Virus record (IMG/VR): IMGVR_UViG_3300046170_000391
DNA length: 64,000 nucleotides
Source of the DNA: a virus
Direction: 5' to 3' (one strand)
A program made the position numbers and the translations under genes. Of this stretch, positions 57,693 to 64,000 are shown piece after piece. Each line of letters starts with the position of its first letter. The stretch's first letter is position 1. The notes under the pieces are model-generated. The model did not search any database and had not been told where the DNA came from. It saw nothing but the letters and a program-made list of their open reading frames with translations.

Positions 57693-58791
57693 TACGTTTA
57701 AAAACAATTGGGAAAATAAAACCTTAGAATACGATCTGAATAAGTATAACTTTTCAAGTTGGGTGTTGAATGTAATCCAACAAGACTACCCAAATGTTTC
57801 TGATCTATCAACAATTCATAATTTTGTTCCCTCAACAGATTTAGTCAAAATTACAGATAAGGTACAACTCTCATTTTCAAGTGAATCTTTTGGAAAGATG
57901 ATTGATGATTTTGCTGAAGAGTATATCAAACCTCTAATCGATAATAAACAGTACTTAGTAAAGAGATTTCCTACTTTGAATCTTGTAGTACCAAACCAGC
58001 AAAAATTAGGACGTAGGTTACATTTTCACCAAGGTATTTTCTATAATAATGGTAGGGGACAAGGAACTATTTGGATGCCTTTAACTAAGTGTTATAATAC
58101 TAATTCAATGTGGATAGTAGACTATAATAATTCAAAGAGTATCACTAAAAAAGCAGTTGAAGGTAGATTATCTCAAAAGCAGTTTGAAAAAATGAGTATA
58201 GATAAGGCATTTCCAGTCACTCTTAACCCTGGGCAGGCTCATTTGTTTCATCAAGAACACATCCACGGTAATCTTAACAACGAAACTAATATTACCAGAA
58301 TGGCAATAGATTGGCACGTTTTAGTGGAGGGACAGGAGTTTGGAGGTAGATACCCAGGTGGTTTCTTCAGATTATCTGGGGATTATAAGCAAGAAAAGGT
58401 AAAGACTACAAATGCTACAATTTATCTCTCTAATAATAGCTCTTTTGATAAGTATATTCCTCTTCATATACAACGTAATTATATTTTAGACTATTGTAAG
58501 CAGAATAATATTGAATACTCAAGCTATACCTTTGAAAATGAACATCTTAAACATTTACCCATTCTAGAGGATATAATAAATAAGAAGCAAAACGTTATTA
58601 TGCTAAGTATATACTCTCTACCTGACGATAAAGAGCTAAGAAATCATTATTTGAACTTGGCAATTAATAAGAATGTTGATATAATTTTTGTAAATGAATT
58701 GCTAAAGCTATCAAAAGACAGCCTTGCTAATATTAACACATATTTAGAATTCGGGGTTAAACAAAAAGGATGGCACTCATGGGAGTCTTAA
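57685..58791 (+). CDS. StrG-like 2OG-Fe(II) oxygenase fused to a LIC12192-like (sporadic carbohydrate cluster) domain
   Basis: FH..IWMPLT..TNSMW..HGN.NN.T..TR N-domain; PLHIQR..ILDYC..SIYSLP..E C-domain. Confidence 0.6.
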   Translation: MHNTFKNNWENKTLEYDLNKYNFSSWVLNVIQQDYPNVSDLSTIHNFVPSTDLVKITDKVQLSFSSESFGKMIDDFAEEYIKPLIDNKQYLVKRFPTLNLVVPNQQKLGRRLHFHQGIFYNNGRGQGTIWMPLTKCYNTNSMWIVDYNNSKSITKKAVEGRLSQKQFEKMSIDKAFPVTLNPGQAHLFHQEHIHGNLNNETNITRMAIDWHVLVEGQEFGGRYPGGFFRLSGDYKQEKVKTTNATIYLSNNSSFDKYIPLHIQRNYILDYCKQNNIEYSSYTFENEHLKHLPILEDIINKKQNVIMLSIYSLPDDKELRNHYLNLAINKNVDIIFVNELLKLSKDSLANINTYLEFGVKQKGWHSWES

Positions 58792-59319
58792 ATGTTTCTT
58801 AAAGAAGTATCTATAAATTATGACTTTGATTTTATCTACGATATTGAGTGGGAACAGTTTGAGCATGACTGTTTAGGGCACCAACAAGTAGAACTCAAAG
58901 ATATTCATGATAAGGTTGGCGGTTTTCCTAAGTCACTAACTCACTATAACACTATGTTTTATCAAAAATTTTTTGATAACAATGAGATAGATTTTACAGA
59001 TTTAGGTAATCAATTAGGTATAGAAGCAATCACTGTGTCAATGATCAAGCAACCACCTGGTATGACTAATCCTATGCACCGCGATACTTTTTATCAGATT
59101 AATAAGAAATTCCCAAACGAAGAAAGAGTAAAAGTTAGAGCTAATATACAATTATTAGATTGGAAAGCAGGACACTTCCTGCAATTTAATGACACAGTAG
59201 TAACGCACTGGAAAGCAAACACTGGACATATGTGGGACTCCACCGTTCTCCACTTAGCGGCAAACGCAGGCCTAGAAGATCGTTACTCTTTACAAGTTTC
59301 AGGATTTCTTAACTCGTAA
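58792..59319 (+). CDS. 2OG-Fe(II) oxygenase-like
   Basis: PMHRD..DWKAGH..HLAANAG..RYSLQVSG. Confidence 0.7.
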   Translation: MFLKEVSINYDFDFIYDIEWEQFEHDCLGHQQVELKDIHDKVGGFPKSLTHYNTMFYQKFFDNNEIDFTDLGNQLGIEAITVSMIKQPPGMTNPMHRDTFYQINKKFPNEERVKVRANIQLLDWKAGHFLQFNDTVVTHWKANTGHMWDSTVLHLAANAGLEDRYSLQVSGFLNS

Positions 59320-60245
59320 TGGCTCGTTACACAAATCTTCCTGATAATAAAGATAAACCTTTTGGAGGTGCTTACAGTGTTTATGACAGTGATACTCTTT
59401 ATATGCGAGACTATTTAGTTCAGAAATATGCTGTCAATAGTTCATACCACGATTTTGAGAGTATTAAACAAGACTATTTTAGTCAGTTTAAGTATTTTTT
59501 ATCTGACCCCCACAAACTAAATGGTTTATCGTTGTATAAACATGCCTGTTTTACCCAAGGCACAACAGAGTCATTTGCTCATTTTTATACCAGATATAGA
59601 AATAAAAATAGACTTAGATTAGCCCGTGGCGAGTATTTTTATCACCAGATGATTAAAACTATGTACTTTTCCATGCGCTTTGATTGGTTAGAAGATGATG
59701 AGCTAAAGTCAGGAGATGTTCTGGTTATAAGTGCGCCCTTTTCTGATACCTGCGATCTCTACCCAAATCTTGAACAAATTTTAACAGAATGTGATGACAA
59801 GGAAATTCCAGTACTTCTTGATTTAGCATATATCAATATAGCTGCTGAAATAGAGATTGATTTATCTCATCCCTGTATTGAGTACGTAGTGTCTTCTCTA
59901 TCAAAAGTTTTTCCTGTAGAAAACTACAGGATAGGTATAAGATTACAAAAAGAAATGTTTGAAGACCCTTTATATGTAATTAACGAGCCGCACTATAATT
60001 ATATCAATATGTGTAGCGTGTATCTTGGGCGTGGATTGATGCAAGAATTTAGCCCTATGTATATATACGATAAATACGCGCCTAAACAAGACCTATACTG
60101 TAAATTATACAATTTAGAGAAAACTAAATGTGTCTACTTTGGTCTGGACACTACTAATGAGTATCCTGAGTACAATAGAGGTAGAGACACTAGTCGTCTT
60201 TGCTTTTCAAGACTCTGGGATGGGAGAATGACTTTTGACATGTAA
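59319..60245 (+). CDS. PLP-dependent (fold type I) enzyme
   Basis: GTTESF, LDLAY, SSLSK, RIG. Confidence 0.65.
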   Translation: MARYTNLPDNKDKPFGGAYSVYDSDTLYMRDYLVQKYAVNSSYHDFESIKQDYFSQFKYFLSDPHKLNGLSLYKHACFTQGTTESFAHFYTRYRNKNRLRLARGEYFYHQMIKTMYFSMRFDWLEDDELKSGDVLVISAPFSDTCDLYPNLEQILTECDDKEIPVLLDLAYINIAAEIEIDLSHPCIEYVVSSLSKVFPVENYRIGIRLQKEMFEDPLYVINEPHYNYINMCSVYLGRGLMQEFSPMYIYDKYAPKQDLYCKLYNLEKTKCVYFGLDTTNEYPEYNRGRDTSRLCFSRLWDGRMTFDM

Positions 60246-61261
60246 TAATGACTGGGACCCTTTAGAGGAAATCATTGTAGGGACTGCTGACTATGCTACT
60301 ATTTCTATTCCTAACATCAGTACAATGAAATGTCAATTTCCTGAGTATGAAGAGTCTTTTATCAAAGAGTTTACTGGTTTTTACCCAGATCAAATTATTG
60401 AAGAACAAAATGAAGACTTAGAGAATTTATCAGATGTACTCAAAAATTTGGGAGTTGTAGTTCACCGTCCTGATACTACCTATGCTACAGCTGAAACTAC
60501 TTCCCCTACTTGGCATGGAAAGAATTGGCATTATCATTGCCCTAGAGATTTAACTCTCGTTGTAGGCGACACACTCATTGAAACACCGTCTCCTATTTGG
60601 AATAGACAGTTTGAAACTTGGGCCTATAGAGATATATTTACGAAGCTTTGGAATGAAGGTTATAATTGGATTAAAGCACCTGTCCCACTTCTTTATGATG
60701 AAAACTACAAGGAAGATACTAAAGGTGTTCCTTCTTTGCACAATGAAGAAATACTTTTTGAAGCTGCTAATTGTGTTCGATTGAATAATGACATACTATA
60801 TCAAGTATCGAACACCGGTAACGAAAACGGGAGCTAAGTGGTTACAACGAGTTCTTGGCGATTCTTATAAGGTACATCTAGCAAAAAATCTTTATTCTTA
60901 CGCACACCTTGATAGTACTATTGTTCCTATTAGAGAAGGTCTTGTATTATATAACGCCGATAGGGTGACTCCCGAAAACGAACCTGAATTATTTAAGAAT
61001 TGGGATAAGATATGGATTAATGAGTGTGTAGGCCCGACTACGCCTCCCCTAGGCCTTCCATGGGGGGCTAGTGAGTGGATTGGTATGAATCTCCTCAGTG
61101 TCAATGAGAATCTTGCTATCGTAGATAAGAAACAAACGCAGATTCATGAAAAACTTAACTATTTTGGTGTTGAGACCATCCCGCTTGAATTAAGGCACGA
61201 TAGAATTATAAGCGGAGGATTTCATTGCGTAACTTTGGATCTAAAAAGAACAAGCTCGTAA
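60235..61261 (+). CDS. Amidinotransferase (StrB1/AGAT family), apparent 1-nt insertion near 60830
   Basis: WDPLEEIIVG, CPRD, FEAAN; then GAKWL, HLDST, GGFHCVTLD. Confidence 0.85.
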
Positions 61262-61914
61262 TTTGTGGAGAAAGTTTTAGTTACGGTACTGACAGCACTC
61301 ATTGGCCTAGTTTAGTATCAGATTTTTATGACTTTGAATTGGTTAATCTTGCAATTGTAGGGTGTAGTAATTATGCAATATGTTTTCAGTTACAACATGC
61401 CTTAAAAATGCTTAATCCAGATGATTTAGTTATTATCACCCTGACAACTGCGGAAAGATTTGAAATTGATGATGACGATCACGCAGCACCTGCATCTCTT
61501 GAAGATTTCAGACATAATATAGATGAGATTAAGCACTCGCCTTTTTCTAAAACACCTACTATAACTTCTGGTAATATATCATCCCAATTACGTAATTATC
61601 ACTTAGAACAAATGAAAAAATATCTAATGTGTAGCTCCTATAGGCTAGCTGCACAATATCAATCTTGGTGTATTCAGCATCTTATCTCTTCTCTTCCTTG
61701 TGATTTTCTACTTTATAGAAATATATATCCACGCTATCACGAAGATGTAAATAAATATTCCAACGAATATTTTTTTGGATTAGAATCATACTTAATCAAT
61801 TCTGGTCCTTACGACTTTGAAAAAGAACATGCAAAAACAACAAATCACTTATCTGAAAAAGAAAATAAAATGTTTGCGGATAAAGTAGTGAAAGACATGA
61901 ATGGCACACAATAA
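61225..61914 (+). CDS. SGNH-like protein
   Basis: ICGESFS, NLAIVGCSN, TNH. Confidence 0.55.
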   Translation: MRNFGSKKNKLVICGESFSYGTDSTHWPSLVSDFYDFELVNLAIVGCSNYAICFQLQHALKMLNPDDLVIITLTTAERFEIDDDDHAAPASLEDFRHNIDEIKHSPFSKTPTITSGNISSQLRNYHLEQMKKYLMCSSYRLAAQYQSWCIQHLISSLPCDFLLYRNIYPRYHEDVNKYSNEYFFGLESYLINSGPYDFEKEHAKTTNHLSEKENKMFADKVVKDMNGTQ

Positions 61915-62353
61915 AAGTAAAGCTAAAGGGTCAGCTTATGAACAAAAAATAGCTACGAGATTATCAAGCGAGTTTGGTAAAGAATTTAGACGAGTACCTT
62001 TATCTGGTGCGATAGACTATTTAAAAGGGGATATATGGACTCCTCACGATACAGCTTGGTGGCCTTATGCTATTGAGTGTAAACATTATAAGAATATTGA
62101 ATGGAATAATTTACTAACTTCAAAAACTACAGACATGCTTCAGTTCTGGAAACAAACAATCAGAGAAGCCGAAGTAATGCAAAAGAAACCATTACTTATT
62201 TTTAGATGGAATCGTTCAAAAGATTTTGTAGCCTTTAACGATAATATTGAAGTCCCTTTTTATATCGAAGTAAAATCTTTTGGATGTCACTTTAAAATTA
62301 CAAAACTTGATGACTGGATTATGTCTGTTAAAAAACAAACTAACCTTGCTTAA
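61901..62353 (+). CDS. D14: Holliday-junction-resolvase-like nuclease (T5 D14)
   Basis: SKAKGSAYE, RVPLSGA, GD, IECKHY. Confidence 0.85.
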   Translation: MAHNKSKAKGSAYEQKIATRLSSEFGKEFRRVPLSGAIDYLKGDIWTPHDTAWWPYAIECKHYKNIEWNNLLTSKTTDMLQFWKQTIREAEVMQKKPLLIFRWNRSKDFVAFNDNIEVPFYIEVKSFGCHFKITKLDDWIMSVKKQTNLA

Positions 62354-62374
62354 TTGTTAATAAATTGGTATAGT
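62346..62374 (+). promoter_or_regulatory. Sigma70-type promoter
   Basis: TTGCTT-N17-TATAGT, then SD AGGAG. Confidence 0.65.
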
Positions 62375-62398
62375 TATTTATAAATATAGGAGATAACT

Positions 62399-63241
62399 AT
62401 GACAAAATCTTGGAATGACCTTGCAGACTTGCAAGAGCCAGACTATTCAACTTACAATAATCTATTAATTATTGATGCTAATAACCTATCTTATCGTTGG
62501 CTACAGCGTCCTAACTTTGATTCTTTTGGAGATGACTTCGTTAGAACAGTCCAATCACTTGCTAAATCATACGAAGCTACTCGTACTATAGTCTGTTTTG
62601 ACTTTGGTAAAAGCTACTATCGTATGGATATGCATGATGAATACAAAGGTACTCGTAAAAAACCACAAGATGAGGATGAAATTAAAAAATATGAAAGTTT
62701 CTTTGCTGTACTCAACTCACTACCTGAAGAACTTGATGAAGAAGTCTTAAAGTTTAGAGGAGTAGAAGCTGATGATATCCTTGCATGGATAACTCAGAAT
62801 ATTTCTGAAAGATATGACCATACATGGATTGTTTCGTCTGACCGTGACTTATATCAGCTAATTGATAATAACGTTTCAGTATTTAATATTTTTAGTAGAC
62901 GTGAAATAACCTTACAAACACTGGAAGATGACTTTGATATCACTCCTGACCTATATATGTTATCTAGAATCATTGAGGGAGATAAATCAGATAATATTCT
63001 TGGGATTGATGGGATTGGACCAAAACGTGCTCAAGCTTTGGCAAAAGAGTATAGAAGTTTAGATAATCTTATTGATGCGCTGCCTATAAAAGGGAGATCT
63101 AAGTATATACAGAATCTTAACGCGGGAAAAGAACAGCTCATAAGAAATGAGAAACTAATCAATCTAAAAGCATATTGTGTTGATGCGATATGTGCTGGAA
63201 AAGAAGGTAATGAACCAATTAACAGATTATCTAGTTTGTAA
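62399..63241 (+). CDS. D15: 5'-3' flap endonuclease (T5 D15)
   Basis: EYKGTR, GVEADD, SSDRD, GDKSDNILGIDGIGPKRA. Confidence 0.92.
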   Translation: MTKSWNDLADLQEPDYSTYNNLLIIDANNLSYRWLQRPNFDSFGDDFVRTVQSLAKSYEATRTIVCFDFGKSYYRMDMHDEYKGTRKKPQDEDEIKKYESFFAVLNSLPEELDEEVLKFRGVEADDILAWITQNISERYDHTWIVSSDRDLYQLIDNNVSVFNIFSRREITLQTLEDDFDITPDLYMLSRIIEGDKSDNILGIDGIGPKRAQALAKEYRSLDNLIDALPIKGRSKYIQNLNAGKEQLIRNEKLINLKAYCVDAICAGKEGNEPINRLSSL

Positions 63242-63896
63242 ATTAAATATTGAAAAAAGCACTACCGCTTTACTTTTAGAGAGAGAATATGGTCTAGAAT
63301 GGGGATTTGATCAAAAAACCCCTCTAGACGGGCATTTTCATTTAAGAGCGTGTATTCAAAAACCTGTTACCATTGAAGAAAAAGGAATAATTCCTTTGCC
63401 AACAGGGATTTATCCACATATACAAAATCCAAACTTTGAGCTTGAAGTAAACACTCTATCCAGTGCTTTGTATGATCAAGGCCTAGCACTTGCTGAAGGA
63501 GTAACTTACTTTTCACATACATTTAGAAATGAAATATGGCTACTAATTGAAAATAAATTTAAGAAGCCTCAAGTAATACAGCCTACTCAAAATATAGCAC
63601 TTTTATCTGTAAAGTTACGTCCTCGAATAGTAATAAATTACGTTAATGAGATAGAAAAAATGGAAATAAATATTGGCAGTTCAAAAACTTATATTCAAAA
63701 AATAAAAAAAAAATTGAATCCAGAACTTTATGACAACAAAAAAGCAAAACATGGAACTCTATCTGCTGATTATACTAGAGAGAATATTTCTCTATACACC
63801 AAAGGAGAGATGGGGCATGATGAACTTCGTGAAAAAAAGCAATTTAGAGGTGCTAAAGGTAGGCACTTCCCATCTACAGGAGATGATAAAAAATGA
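63210..63896 (+). CDS. Degenerate dUTPase-like protein
   Basis: LRA, LPTGI, FRNEI, IA; T5 dut position; catalytic motifs altered. Confidence 0.55.
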   Translation: MNQLTDYLVCKLNIEKSTTALLLEREYGLEWGFDQKTPLDGHFHLRACIQKPVTIEEKGIIPLPTGIYPHIQNPNFELEVNTLSSALYDQGLALAEGVTYFSHTFRNEIWLLIENKFKKPQVIQPTQNIALLSVKLRPRIVINYVNEIEKMEINIGSSKTYIQKIKKKLNPELYDNKKAKHGTLSADYTRENISLYTKGEMGHDELREKKQFRGAKGRHFPSTGDDKK

Positions 63897-64000
63897 ACGT
63901 AAAATTAATATCTTATTCAAATGTTAACACAGAAGTGTTTGAAGGCACAGAGATACAAAATATTGAAGATTTAGTTGCGTATTGTGCTAGAGTATCAAAT
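63893..64000 (+). CDS. thyX: Flavin-dependent thymidylate synthase (partial, runs off window)
   Basis: MNVKLISYS...DLVAYCARVSN. Confidence 0.75.
   Translation, partial: MNVKLISYSNVNTEVFEGTEIQNIEDLVAYCARVSN

Noticed and set aside
60820-60840. Programmed frameshift in the amidinotransferase
   Set aside because: No X XXY YYZ slippery heptamer or stimulator seen; a single extra base in a short run matches other apparent errors

Overview
AT-rich, gene-dense segment of a large lytic dsDNA phage with a T5-like (Demerecviridae-type) replication backbone in T5 order: PC4-like, D3-like, NAD-dependent ligase, D5, DnaB/D6, primase, PolA, D10 helicase, D11, D12/D13, D14, D15 flap endonuclease, dUTPase-like, plus nrdAB, glutaredoxin, MazG-like, PhoH and the start of thyX. 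The first ~11 kb is mostly transcribed leftward and the rest rightward from divergent sigma70-type promoters at ~11.0 kb. The backbone is interleaved with many auxiliary genes: nucleotide-sugar and glycosylation enzymes, at least seven 2OG-Fe(II) oxygenases, carbamoyl-, amidino- and sulfotransferases, an MsmA-like oxygenase, Fe-ADH, IscA, a purine-salvage cassette and ribosomal protein bS21. The most striking feature is a circularly permuted (two-piece, alphaproteobacterial-type) tmRNA gene. Its normally short intervening segment holds a complete 71-aa protein gene, flanked by a 7-bp direct repeat and closed by a 10-bp helix. Also notable are an unannotated 53-aa metallothionein-like ORF, a GC-rich multi-hairpin element at 47.9 kb and two divergent genes sharing one CATG start. 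The host is probably a marine alphaproteobacterium (inference). Frameshifts at ~25.6, 49.8-50.2 and 60.8 kb look like sequence errors. All family calls come from motif recognition by eye, not database searches.
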